Under the pieces are notes generated by a model. It was not told where the DNA came from. It worked only from the letters and a program-made list of their open reading frames with translations, and did no database searches. A stretch of DNA of 60,657 nt from a bacterium (GTDB lineage: Bacteria; Pseudomonadota; Gammaproteobacteria; Burkholderiales; Burkholderiaceae_F), in NCBI GenBank assembly GCA_963656505.1, contig CAVKJM010000002.1, forward strand, positions 1 to 60,657. The letters are read 5' to 3'. Of the stretch, positions 32,824 to 42,070 are shown in pieces; the stretch's first letter is position 1; every line of letters begins with the position of its first letter. The position numbers were made by a program, and so were the translations under genes.

Positions 32824-33984
32824 ATGATTCTTCAACGCAGTTTTCAAAACGAACTTGCCAACAGTGCTGGCGGTGTTTTCACCGTCATCTTTTCGATTGT
32901 TTTGACAGTCGGACTTGTTGGCGTGCTGCACGAAACCGCAGGCGGCAGTTATGACACAACCGCTGTTTTTGAAATCACGCTTTACACGGGGCTAGCAAAT
33001 TTAGCTCCCTTAATGACAGCCTCTCTTTTTATCGCTGTCTTAATCGTGCTGATTCGCACTTGGCAAGACAATGAAATGATTGTCTGGTTTAGTGCGGGCG
33101 GAAGAAGTCTTTTGGACTGGGTTCGTCCGGTTCTTATCTTTATTTTCCCTTTCATTCTCGTTATTGCAGCGCTTTCTTTAGTCGTAAGCCCTTGGGCTAA
33201 ATTGCAGATGGAAGAAAGTGCGCGAGCTTTCGAGCAGCGCGACGACGTAAGCCGCATCGCACCAGGCCGCTTTATTGAAGCTAACGCCGGGCAACGCGTC
33301 TTTTTCATCGAAGAAGTCTCCGAAGATGGCAATCGCGTAAAAAACGTCTTTATGAGTATGAAAGAGGGCGCAAAAGAAACCATCGTTGAAGCAGAAGCCG
33401 GAGAAATCCGTCGCAATAGCTTGGGAGACCGCTATGTCGTGCTCTTAAATGGGCGTCGCTACGATACGGCAACCGACGGGACAGCAGCCTGGCGCGTGAT
33501 TGAATTTAAGAGCTATGAGATTCGCTTGGATGTACGGTCCGCGGCAATGGAAGCCAATTCCGATGTGGATAAGGTGCCTTTAACGCGCCTTATGACAATG
33601 AAAAGCCCGAAAGCCAAAGGTCAGATGCTTTGGCGCTTCTGTTGGCCTATTGGTGCTTTGATCCTTTCTTTGATGGCAATTCCTTTGTCGAGCACCAACA
33701 TTCGTGCAGGAAGAAACTTTAATCTTATTGCAGCGGCTCTCGTATTTATTTTGTATTTGAATGCCGTATCCATTGGTGTGGCGCGCGTGAAAACCGATCG
33801 TATGGATTGGGTTGTTGGACTTATCTTAGTTAACGGCACATTCCTCTTAATTACGCTTTTACTTTTCGTACGTCGTGTGTGGATGCAGCGCTGGATACCG
33901 AAAGCCGTAAGCGACTGGCCCTATAAGTTCTTTTCTCAAAGGAAAGTAACGAAAAAAACCGAAGACAGTGAGGCCAAGAAATGA
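32824..33984 (+). CDS. lptF: LPS export permease LptF
   Basis: YjgP/Q layout, 'DNEMIVW.SAG', 'PGRF', 'L.NG.RY'; precedes lptG. Confidence 0.92.
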   Translation: MILQRSFQNELANSAGGVFTVIFSIVLTVGLVGVLHETAGGSYDTTAVFEITLYTGLANLAPLMTASLFIAVLIVLIRTWQDNEMIVWFSAGGRSLLDWVRPVLIFIFPFILVIAALSLVVSPWAKLQMEESARAFEQRDDVSRIAPGRFIEANAGQRVFFIEEVSEDGNRVKNVFMSMKEGAKETIVEAEAGEIRRNSLGDRYVVLLNGRRYDTATDGTAAWRVIEFKSYEIRLDVRSAAMEANSDVDKVPLTRLMTMKSPKAKGQMLWRFCWPIGALILSLMAIPLSSTNIRAGRNFNLIAAALVFILYLNAVSIGVARVKTDRMDWVVGLILVNGTFLLITLLLFVRRVWMQRWIPKAVSDWPYKFFSQRKVTKKTEDSEAKK

Positions 33985-35126
33985 AGGTCGTCACGCGCCA
34001 ATTAACCAAAGAAATCCTTCTTGCGGCAGCCTTTGTCACGGTCTCGCTTTTGGCTCTTTTTGCCTTCTTTGATGTCGCAGGACAAAGTTCACGCATCGGA
34101 ACGCGTTACGACATTGATATGGCTTTGCAGTTTGCCTTCTTAAATCTGCCAAGGCGTTTTTATCAGGTGATGCCCATCGTTGCTCTTTTAAGCGGCATCT
34201 ATACGCTTTCACGGTGGGCGGCTGAGTCGCAATTTGCGGTGCTCCGTATCTCAGGGCTTTCTTCTGTGTCGCTTGCGAAGATGCTAGTGCTCCCAGCGCT
34301 TGTGATGATGCTACTTACGTACGCTGTTGGCGAGTGGGTCGCTCCCTACACAGATCGCGCTTATACCGATTTGCGGCGCGTCAATGTCTATAACACCAAC
34401 TTAAAGCGTATTCACGGCTTTAAGTCGGGCGTTTGGGTTAAAGACATTGTGAAAACCAAAGACGGCAAGCCGCGCCTAGTGCGCTTTGTGAACGTGGAAA
34501 GCCTTCTTGTCGGAGAAGATATGAAAACGGGCGCCTGGCGCGTCTTTGAATTCTCTGCCGCAGACGGTGCTCTGCAACGCATCATTCACGCCAAAAGCGC
34601 CGTACACATCCCAACGCGCGGCTGGCACTTAATTAATGCGCAGATTGAAACGCTTCCGAAGATCGATCACGCAGAAACCCCGATGATCGAAAAGGCCACG
34701 CACAGAAAAGGCGTCGATTTGATGCTCGAAAGCGATATGAAGCCAGAGATTCTTGAAGTGTTAACAGTGAAACCTGCGGCCATGGGTGTAGCTGAACTTC
34801 ATGATTACATCGGGCACTTAAAAGAGATGCATCAGACAACAAAGCGCTATGAAGTTGAATTCTGGAATCACGTCTTTTACCCGTTCTTAATCTTTGTGAT
34901 GCTTATGGTTGCCATGCCATTTGCGTATTTAAATGTGAGATCGGGCGCGATGGCCGTGAAAGTTTTCGTAGGCCTTATTATTGGCATTCTCTTTTATGGC
35001 TTTGATAATGCCTTTTCTTTTGCGGGGGCTGCTGGCATGCTTCCTGCTGTTGCCGTTCCCCTTGTGCCGATATTCATTATGCTTGCCGCAACAACAGCGA
35101 CGCTCTGGGTTGCAGAGCGTCGTTAG
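33981..35126 (+). CDS. lptG: LPS export permease LptG
   Basis: YjgP/Q layout, 'SQFAVLRISGLS', 'GVW.KD', 'PFAYL..RSG'. Confidence 0.92.
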   Translation: MKVVTRQLTKEILLAAAFVTVSLLALFAFFDVAGQSSRIGTRYDIDMALQFAFLNLPRRFYQVMPIVALLSGIYTLSRWAAESQFAVLRISGLSSVSLAKMLVLPALVMMLLTYAVGEWVAPYTDRAYTDLRRVNVYNTNLKRIHGFKSGVWVKDIVKTKDGKPRLVRFVNVESLLVGEDMKTGAWRVFEFSAADGALQRIIHAKSAVHIPTRGWHLINAQIETLPKIDHAETPMIEKATHRKGVDLMLESDMKPEILEVLTVKPAAMGVAELHDYIGHLKEMHQTTKRYEVEFWNHVFYPFLIFVMLMVAMPFAYLNVRSGAMAVKVFVGLIIGILFYGFDNAFSFAGAAGMLPAVAVPLVPIFIMLAATTATLWVAERR

Positions 35127-35152
35127 AAAAGCAACAAAGAAATTTGTGTCGC

Positions 35153-35887
35153 TTAGTGCGAGAGAATCTGTGATAAGAACTTTTGGGCGCGTTCAGAACG
35201 CGGCGCACTAAAGAACTCGTCCTTGGGAACGTTTTCGAGGATTTCGCCAGCATCAACGAAAATCACGCGATCTGCCACTTTCTTCGCAAATCCCATTTCG
35301 TGCGTGACAACCATCATGGTCATGCCGTCTTTTGCAAGTTGCACCATTACATCGAGCACTTCGTTAATCATTTCTGGGTCAAGTGCTGACGTTGGTTCGT
35401 CAAAAAGCATGCAAATCGGGTCCATGGCAAGAGCTCGAGCGATGGCAACACGCTGCTGCTGACCGCCAGAGAGTTGCCCGGGGAATTTCTCGGCTTGCGA
35501 TAAGAGGCCTACGCGATCTAAGAGCTTTAAGCCGCGCTCTGTGGCTTCTTCTCTTTCACGCTTTAAGACTTTCATCTGCGCAAGACGCAGATTGTCGATA
35601 ATCGAAAGATGCGGGAAAAGTTCAAAGTGCTGGAACACCATCCCGACGTGGCTACGCAACTTCGCAAGATTCGTTTTCGGGTCGCCAACGCTTACGCCAT
35701 TGACGTAAATCTCACCTTGTTGGAATTCTTCAAGACCATTAACGGTCTTAATGAGGGTGGATTTTCCCGATCCCGATGGGCCGCAGACCACGACCACTTC
35801 GCCTTTCTCGACGTTAACCGAGCAGTTTTTTAGGACCTGAAAGTCGCCGTACCACTTGCTGACATTGCGGATTTCAATCATTGCCAT
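35153..35887 (-). CDS. gltL: Polar amino-acid ABC transporter ATP-binding subunit (GltL/GlnQ-like)
   Basis: '[17 protein letters not shown]', 'VFQHFELFPH', 'LSGGQQQR', 'DEPTSALDPEMINEVL'. Confidence 0.9.
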   Translation of the reverse strand: MAMIEIRNVSKWYGDFQVLKNCSVNVEKGEVVVVCGPSGSGKSTLIKTVNGLEEFQQGEIYVNGVSVGDPKTNLAKLRSHVGMVFQHFELFPHLSIIDNLRLAQMKVLKREREEATERGLKLLDRVGLLSQAEKFPGQLSGGQQQRVAIARALAMDPICMLFDEPTSALDPEMINEVLDVMVQLAKDGMTMMVVTHEMGFAKKVADRVIFVDAGEILENVPKDEFFSAPRSERAQKFLSQILSH

Positions 35888-36037
35888 GGCTATCCCCGTC
35901 AAAAAAGTTGTTGCCGTGTGGGTTTGTTGATTAAAAAATAGGCGGAAACGATAGCACGGACACGGCCTTTAGGGAAAACTCAAAACCAATTGATTTTTCA
36001 AGAGGAGGAGAAGGCATCATTTTTGAAACAAGCACCA

Positions 36038-36054
36038 TGCACCAAAAGAGTGCA
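36038..36054. promoter_or_regulatory. NtrC-like enhancer site
   Basis: TGCACCA-AAA-GAGTGCA versus consensus TGCACCA-N3-TGGTGCA, about 105 bp upstream of a sigma54 promoter. Confidence 0.75.
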
Positions 36055-36157
36055 CGCTGTTTCATTTCGGGGAGTATGAAAGTTGCTTCGCCGAAAAAGC
36101 CACGTTTTTTCTAGGCAGTACTAACTAGATTTCAGAAATAAAAGGGCATTTTAGGGC

Positions 36158-36173
36158 TGGCACGAAAGTTGCT
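36158..36173 (+). promoter_or_regulatory. Sigma54 (-24/-12) promoter of the TAXI-TRAP operon
   Basis: TGGCACGAAAGTTGCT matches TGGCAC-N5-TTGCW with exact GG-N10-GC spacing. Confidence 0.88.
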
Positions 36174-36245
36174 TTATAGAATACAGAGACGCGAATTTGC
36201 CTTAGGGTAAAAAGCAACACAAAAGAATGAACTTGGAGAAAAAAC

Positions 36246-37214
36246 ATGTTTAAAAAGCTTCTTCCTCTTGTCTTAGCTGGGTCACTTGCGATTGCAGGTG
36301 CCGCGATGGCGAAAGACACATTTGTGACCATCGGTACAGGTGGTATTACAGGTGTTTACTACCCCACGGGTGGCGCTATTGCAAAGATCATTAACGCCAA
36401 ACGTAGCAAGTACCACGTTCGCGCGAGTGTCGAAAGCACGGGCGGCAGTAAATTCAACATCAACGCCATTGCCACGGGCGACTTGGACTTTGGTGTTGCG
36501 CAGGCCGATACGCAGTACATGGCCTATTTTGGTAAAGAGGCCTGGGCTGGTAAGCCTGTGAAGAAGCTTCGTGCTGTTTTTGCTTTGGCCCCAGAAGCCG
36601 TCACATTCGTTGCTGCTGAAGATAGTGGCATTCGTTCGATTCGCGATGTGAAAGGTAAGATTGTTAACATCGGCGACCCAGGTTCTGGCCAATACATCAA
36701 TTCGCAAGATATCTTTAAGACCGTCGGCATCGTTCCCGATAAGGACTTTAAGGCAGAGAAGATTAAGCCTGCGGACGCGCCGCGTATTTTGCAAGATGGC
36801 CGCATCGATGCCTTCTTCTTTACGGTTGGCCACCCCAATGGCAACATTAAGGAAGCCACCGCTGGTAAGCGCTTATGCCGCATCGTCCCGATCACAGGGC
36901 TTGATAAGCTTTTAAAGGATGCTCCGTACTACTCGATGACAACCATCGATATGACGCAGTACCCCGATGCCACCAACAGTAAAGATGGCAAGGTTGAGAC
37001 CCTCGGTATGTTGGCTACCTTAGTGACGAGCTCTGATGTTCCCGATGACGTCGTCTACGCCATTACAAAAGAAGTGATGGAAAACCTCGATGCGTTCAAG
37101 AAGCTTCACCCAGCGCTCGGTGTACTCACGAAGAAGTCCATGCTCGAAGGCTTGACAGCTCCAATCCACAATGGCGCTATGCGTTACTACAAGGAAGCGG
37201 GCCTCATTAAGTAA
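36246..37214 (+). CDS. TAXI-family TRAP transporter solute-binding protein
   Basis: Signal peptide, 'IGTGG.TGVYYP.GGAI', 'STGGS..NI', 'PIH.GA.RYYKE'. Confidence 0.94.
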   Translation: MFKKLLPLVLAGSLAIAGAAMAKDTFVTIGTGGITGVYYPTGGAIAKIINAKRSKYHVRASVESTGGSKFNINAIATGDLDFGVAQADTQYMAYFGKEAWAGKPVKKLRAVFALAPEAVTFVAAEDSGIRSIRDVKGKIVNIGDPGSGQYINSQDIFKTVGIVPDKDFKAEKIKPADAPRILQDGRIDAFFFTVGHPNGNIKEATAGKRLCRIVPITGLDKLLKDAPYYSMTTIDMTQYPDATNSKDGKVETLGMLATLVTSSDVPDDVVYAITKEVMENLDAFKKLHPALGVLTKKSMLEGLTAPIHNGAMRYYKEAGLIK

Positions 37215-37238
37215 TAAGAAAAAAAGCGAGACTTTTTA

Positions 37239-37272
37239 GGGTCGAAACCGATGCGAAATTCGGGCTCGACCC
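37239..37272 (+). other. Intercistronic stem-loop after the binding-protein gene (stabiliser or attenuator)
   Basis: GGGTCGA...TCGACCC inverted repeat. Confidence 0.55.
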
Positions 37273-37316
37273 TTACGGTTCTCTAAGAAGAGTTAAAAAA
37301 GACCAAGGTTGCACTT

Positions 37317-39443
37317 ATGACAGATACTGAGAAAATCATCCTCCCTGATGACAATTACGGAAAGGAATCCAAGAGAAGTTCAAAAGACGACATCATTGGG
37401 GAATATCGACAGGAAGTCACCGATGGCGACCATGGTCTTGTGGGGGACAAGTCAGGGATTTCCACAAAGATTACCTTCATTGTGGCCCTGTGCTGGTCTC
37501 TTTTCCAGATGTCGACGGCAAGTTGGCTTTTGATCGATACGCTTTACGTGAAGGCGTTTCACTTAGCCTTTGCCCTGGCTCTCGTTTATTTAAACCTACC
37601 GGCATTAAAGAATGCGAGAAAAGGTCGTTGGGACTTACGTATTCTTCTCGCGATGAATCGCGTGACGATCATCGACTGGCTAATCGGTATCGTCGCTGTA
37701 TTAGCGGCCCTTTATGTCTTTTTTGATTACGAAGGGATTGCAGAGCGCGCAGGCATGCCAAATTTCACGGATATTCTTGTGGGGTTTGTGCTTCTTGTAA
37801 CGCTTCTTGAAGCAACGCGTCGTGTATCAGGGCCCGCCCTTCCTATTATTAGCCTCTTTTTTATCGCCTACGTTTTCTTAGGTCCTTACCTGCCAGACCT
37901 CTTTGCCTTTAAGGGCGTGTCGCTTTCGCGCTTTATCTCGCAGATTACGATGGATACGCAAGGCATTTATGGTGTGCCGCTTCACGTTTCTGCAACGGTC
38001 GTGTTCTTATTCGTTTTATTCGGAACGATGTTAGATCGCGCAGGGGGCGGAGCGTTTTTTACGCGTATCGCGGTTTCTGGACTCGGTCAATATCGAGGGG
38101 GCGCCGCGAAGGCTGCTGTCGCAGGTTCCGCGCTCTCGGGTATGGTCTCTGGGTCTTCGATTGCAAACGTCGTGACAACAGGAACCTTCACGATTCCTTT
38201 GATGAAGCGGATTGGCTATACGGGAACAAAGGCGGCGGCTATCGAAGTTGCCTCTTCTGTTAACGGCCAATTAGCTCCCCCTGTGATGGGTGCGGCAGCC
38301 TTCATTATTGCTGAGTATGTCAATGTCCCCTATGTGGAAGTTGCGAAAGCCGCTGCCATTCCTGCGTTTGCCGCTTATATGGGCCTACTTTGGATTACGC
38401 ATATTGAAGCCTGTAAGTTAGGTTTAAAGGGACTTCCCAAAAAAGACCTTCCGATTTTCTGGGTGGAAATGAAAAAGGGCATGCACTTCCTATTGCCCCT
38501 TTTGATGCTCCTTTATGAGTTGATTTTCTTACAACACTCAGCCGAATTAAGCGTTTTGCGTGCAACGCTCGTTCTTGCTGCCATCATGCTTTTGCAACCT
38601 GTGGCAATTGCCCGCGTGCATCAACAACCTCTGAAACCAGCGTTTATGAAAGGCCTAAAGGTTCTTTTGGGGGCCTTGGCTGCAGGCGCTAACAATATGG
38701 CTGGTGTCGCGCTTGCGACAGCTTCGGCTGGCATTATCGTAGGCTGCGTCTCCATGGGCCTAGGGCAACAAATCACAAGCTTTGTTGAAGTGCTCTCGAT
38801 GGGCAACATCTTCCTCTTGGTCTTTATTACAGCGGCAGCAAGTTTGCTCCTTGGTATGGGGCTACCGACGACAGCAAACTACATCATCATGGCCTCTCTT
38901 ACAGCTCCTGTCTTAGTTGACCTTGCTACAGGCATGAGCGTACACGGTATGGAAATTGCGATTTCCTTAATGGGAGCGCATTTGTTCTGCTTGTACTTTG
39001 GCGTGATGGCCGATGCAACGCCTCCTGTTGGCTTGGCTGCTTACGCTGGTGCTGCGATTGCGCGAGTCGAACCGATTCGTGTGGGCTGGCAAGCGTTTAT
39101 TTACGATATTCGCACGTTCACTATTCCTGTGGCCTTCCTCTTTAACTCGGATTTGCTCTTAAGTGGAATCGATAGTTGGTTTATCGGCTTCTTCCTTTTT
39201 GCCATGACAAGCCTCGGGATGATGTCTTTAACAAGTGCTCTAGAAGGATGGTTCTTAAATAGAGTCAATCCCATCGAGCGCGTCATCCTTCTTTGTGCCT
39301 CAGGAATCATGATGTTCCCGTACCTCTTAACGGGAGCGTTCTTACCCTATGAGATGCGTTGGTGCGGTTACGCTGTGGGTATCGCGCTTATTGTTGCCGT
39401 GTACGTCTGGCAACGTTGCCGCTATCACGAAACGCTCTTTTAA
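37317..39443 (+). CDS. TAXI-TRAP fused permease (4TM/12TM)
   Basis: 'LEATRR', 'SGSSIANVVTTG.FTIP.MK', 'PPVMGAAAF', 'LGMGLPTTANY', 'TPPV'. Confidence 0.95.
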   Translation: MTDTEKIILPDDNYGKESKRSSKDDIIGEYRQEVTDGDHGLVGDKSGISTKITFIVALCWSLFQMSTASWLLIDTLYVKAFHLAFALALVYLNLPALKNARKGRWDLRILLAMNRVTIIDWLIGIVAVLAALYVFFDYEGIAERAGMPNFTDILVGFVLLVTLLEATRRVSGPALPIISLFFIAYVFLGPYLPDLFAFKGVSLSRFISQITMDTQGIYGVPLHVSATVVFLFVLFGTMLDRAGGGAFFTRIAVSGLGQYRGGAAKAAVAGSALSGMVSGSSIANVVTTGTFTIPLMKRIGYTGTKAAAIEVASSVNGQLAPPVMGAAAFIIAEYVNVPYVEVAKAAAIPAFAAYMGLLWITHIEACKLGLKGLPKKDLPIFWVEMKKGMHFLLPLLMLLYELIFLQHSAELSVLRATLVLAAIMLLQPVAIARVHQQPLKPAFMKGLKVLLGALAAGANNMAGVALATASAGIIVGCVSMGLGQQITSFVEVLSMGNIFLLVFITAAASLLLGMGLPTTANYIIMASLTAPVLVDLATGMSVHGMEIAISLMGAHLFCLYFGVMADATPPVGLAAYAGAAIARVEPIRVGWQAFIYDIRTFTIPVAFLFNSDLLLSGIDSWFIGFFLFAMTSLGMMSLTSALEGWFLNRVNPIERVILLCASGIMMFPYLLTGAFLPYEMRWCGYAVGIALIVAVYVWQRCRYHETLF

Positions 39444-39623
39444 AAGAACTGACGATTTCTCCTTGTGAATTGGCAAAACGCTCGAATTTCGGGCGTTTTT
39501 GCTTTCCGGGAAGTGATTGACACTGCGTTATAAAAAGTGGGGAGGAGAAGATTGATTGATTTAAACGCATCAACTCTCTCACGTAAAATGCATAAATCGT
39601 TTGACTCTTGGCGGGAAACTCTC

Positions 39624-40679
39624 ATGTTGCTCAATGACTTAAAAGCGCGCATACGTAATGCTTATGCCGATAACGAATATCCCGTCGGGCATTTTCAAGC
39701 AGGTCTCTGGTCGAAAAATCGACCGTTAGCAGGACTACGCGTCTTAGATGCGACTCCCATCTTTCAAAACACGATTTCCAAATACATCTCTTTACTCGAA
39801 GCTGGGGTTGAACTTTACGTGGGTCTTTCCCACGTGATGCCCAAAGACGATGAGGTCGTTTGCTGGCTTAAAAAAGAGGGACTTCCTGTTGTGACACCAA
39901 ATGACGCAACAGACAACCTAGATCTCATTTTGGATTGCGCAGGAGCGTTTAGTCATCTCACACCGAATATCGGTTTTGTTGAGTTAACTCGTTCTGGCGT
40001 TCATTGTTATGAGGACACCAATAAACCCGTTTTTATCGCAGATGGGGGACGGATTAAACGCATCGAAACGTGCCTTGGCACGGGAGAGAGTTACTTTCGA
40101 GCCATGGCGCAGTTGGGATACCGCAATTGGCAAGGGAAGAAGATTGTCATTTTCGGTAGCGGCAAAGTCGGCACAGGTTTGATTACCTATGCGCATAAAT
40201 ATGGGTGTCACATCACGGTTGTCACGCAAGTCAATGCCGTCACCGATGTTGTAAAACGTTTGGCAAATCTCGTGATTGCAGCCGATGACACGGAGGCGAT
40301 TTGCAAAGCCGTTCTTGCTGCTGACGCTGTTGTGACTGCCACAGGCGTAGCAGGCGCGTTAGCAAAAACGTGTCCAGCAAAAGTTTTTATGGAGTCGAAA
40401 GCCATCGTTGCCAACATGGGTGTGGAAGATGAGTTTGGAAGTGAATTACCCGCCGAGCGTGTCTTAGAAGGAAAAAAGCCTCTTAACTTTATTCTTAAAG
40501 ACCCCACACTGATGAAATACATCGATGCGACGATGGCACTTCATAACGCAGGCGCTCTTTGGCTAGTGAATCACCCAGAGGCTCATGGAATGATTGAGCC
40601 CCCCGCGGAACTTGAAAACGAGCTTTTAAGAATCTGCGAGCGCGATGGAACAATTGCTGAAGAACTTCAATACATCTAA
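39624..40679 (+). CDS. Divergent adenosylhomocysteinase-like NAD-binding protein
   Basis: 'PLAG.R', 'ILD..G', 'ELTRSG', 'IK.IE..LGTGES', Rossmann 'GSGKVG', 'VTATG', 'ANMG'; start at MLLND (uncertain). Confidence 0.78.
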   Translation: MLLNDLKARIRNAYADNEYPVGHFQAGLWSKNRPLAGLRVLDATPIFQNTISKYISLLEAGVELYVGLSHVMPKDDEVVCWLKKEGLPVVTPNDATDNLDLILDCAGAFSHLTPNIGFVELTRSGVHCYEDTNKPVFIADGGRIKRIETCLGTGESYFRAMAQLGYRNWQGKKIVIFGSGKVGTGLITYAHKYGCHITVVTQVNAVTDVVKRLANLVIAADDTEAICKAVLAADAVVTATGVAGALAKTCPAKVFMESKAIVANMGVEDEFGSELPAERVLEGKKPLNFILKDPTLMKYIDATMALHNAGALWLVNHPEAHGMIEPPAELENELLRICERDGTIAEELQYI

Positions 40680-40689
40680 AGGAGTTGGC

Positions 40690-41928
40690 ATGGCTACGCT
40701 TTTTATTCGTAACGTTGAACTCAATGGCAAGAAAACCAACATCCTTGTTGAAAACGGACGCTTTGCAAACTTAGAAGCGCGAGATGACACCGTCGCAGAT
40801 GAAACTTACGACGCAACAGGCGAAGCAATCCTTCCGAGTTTTCACAATACGCACACGCACGCGGCAATGGCACTTCTGCGTGGCTACGCCGATGATATGG
40901 AGCTTTTTGAGTGGCTTAATCATCACATCTGGCCCTTTGAAGCGAAGATGAAGCCGCAGGATATTTATGACGGTTCTCGCTTAGCGATTTTGGAAATGAT
41001 TCGCACGGGAACAACGTTCTTTTGCGATATGTATTGGATGTGCGAAGAAACCGCGAAGGCTGTTGATGAGATGGGCGTGAGAGCCAATCTCGGTGTCACC
41101 TTCATGGATGGTCTTGGAAAAGAGGGAATTGATGCCGCTTTTACCTTGCTTGAAAACTATCAGAGCGTAACAGGTCGCGTAAAGCTTATTGTTGCGCCGC
41201 ACGCTGTTTATACAGTGGGCCCTGACTTACTGATGCGCTGCGCAGAAGTGTCCCGTAAAAAGAATCTTCCTTTGACCATTCACGTTGCAGAAACCGAAAA
41301 AGAGGTCACAGATTGCATTGCGCAGTACGGTATGAGCCCTGTGCGTTGGCTCGATAAGTTGGGAGTTCTTAGCGATAAAACGGTTGTTGCACACTGCGTT
41401 TATGTTGACGCTGAAGAAATTGAAATCCTAAAAGAACGAGGCGTTGTTCTCTCGCACAATCCTTGCTCAAATATGAAGCTTGGCTCTGGGATTTTTAAAT
41501 CCAAAGAGTTAATTGAAGCAGGGTGTCGCATTGCGCTAGGCACCGATGGCGTTAGTTCCAACAACAATCTCGATATGCGTGAAGAAATGAAATTTGCTGC
41601 GCTTCTCGCAAAGGTTCGCTATACGCCAGAAACACTTCCTGCCTCCCTTGTTTTTGACTGGGCCACACGAAATGGAGCGAAAGCCTTTGGCTTAGATAGT
41701 GGAGAAATTAAAGTTGGAGCATTGGCCGACGCCGTTTTCGTGAATCTCAATCACGAACGTATGGTCCCCAACCACAATCTTGTGAGCAATTGGGTCTATT
41801 CGGCAGATAGTTCTGCAATCAGCAGCACTCTGTGTGACGGGAAGTTTCTGATGCGAAAAGGCGTCGTGGAAAACGAAGAAGAAATCCTTGCGAAAGCGCG
41901 CGAGAGCGTGGCTCGGCTCGCGGCATAA
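40690..41928 (+). CDS. Metal-dependent deaminase, MtaD-like (MTA/SAH deaminase)
   Basis: 'NTHTH', 'LRGYADD..L..WL...IWP.E', 'HVAET', 'GTDG..SNN.LD'; SD AAGGAG. Confidence 0.85.
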   Translation: MATLFIRNVELNGKKTNILVENGRFANLEARDDTVADETYDATGEAILPSFHNTHTHAAMALLRGYADDMELFEWLNHHIWPFEAKMKPQDIYDGSRLAILEMIRTGTTFFCDMYWMCEETAKAVDEMGVRANLGVTFMDGLGKEGIDAAFTLLENYQSVTGRVKLIVAPHAVYTVGPDLLMRCAEVSRKKNLPLTIHVAETEKEVTDCIAQYGMSPVRWLDKLGVLSDKTVVAHCVYVDAEEIEILKERGVVLSHNPCSNMKLGSGIFKSKELIEAGCRIALGTDGVSSNNNLDMREEMKFAALLAKVRYTPETLPASLVFDWATRNGAKAFGLDSGEIKVGALADAVFVNLNHERMVPNHNLVSNWVYSADSSAISSTLCDGKFLMRKGVVENEEEILAKARESVARLAA

Positions 41929-41984
41929 GGATATAAAGAACATAGAGGCCTAAGAATTTTCACGAGGGCCATTTCCAAAAATTA

Positions 41985-42013
41985 AAAACCCCGCCAGGGT
42001 AATACTGACGGGG
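41985..42013 (-). terminator. Terminator between the convergent mtaD-like and ctpA genes
   Basis: CCCCGCCAG...CTGACGGGG stem flanked by an A run (U-tail on the minus strand). Confidence 0.65.
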
Positions 42014-42070
42014 CCTTACGGGGAAACTTTCCCGTTTACGCTTACAAAGAAATCGAGAAGCTAGAAAAGG

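Noticed and set aside
39500..39623. Possible SAH/SAM riboswitch or FNR box upstream of the ahcY-like gene
   Set aside because: Only a weak hairpin; no SAH-riboswitch core recognised, and TTGAT/ATCAA are spaced by 8 nt rather than 4. An Rfam scan would settle it
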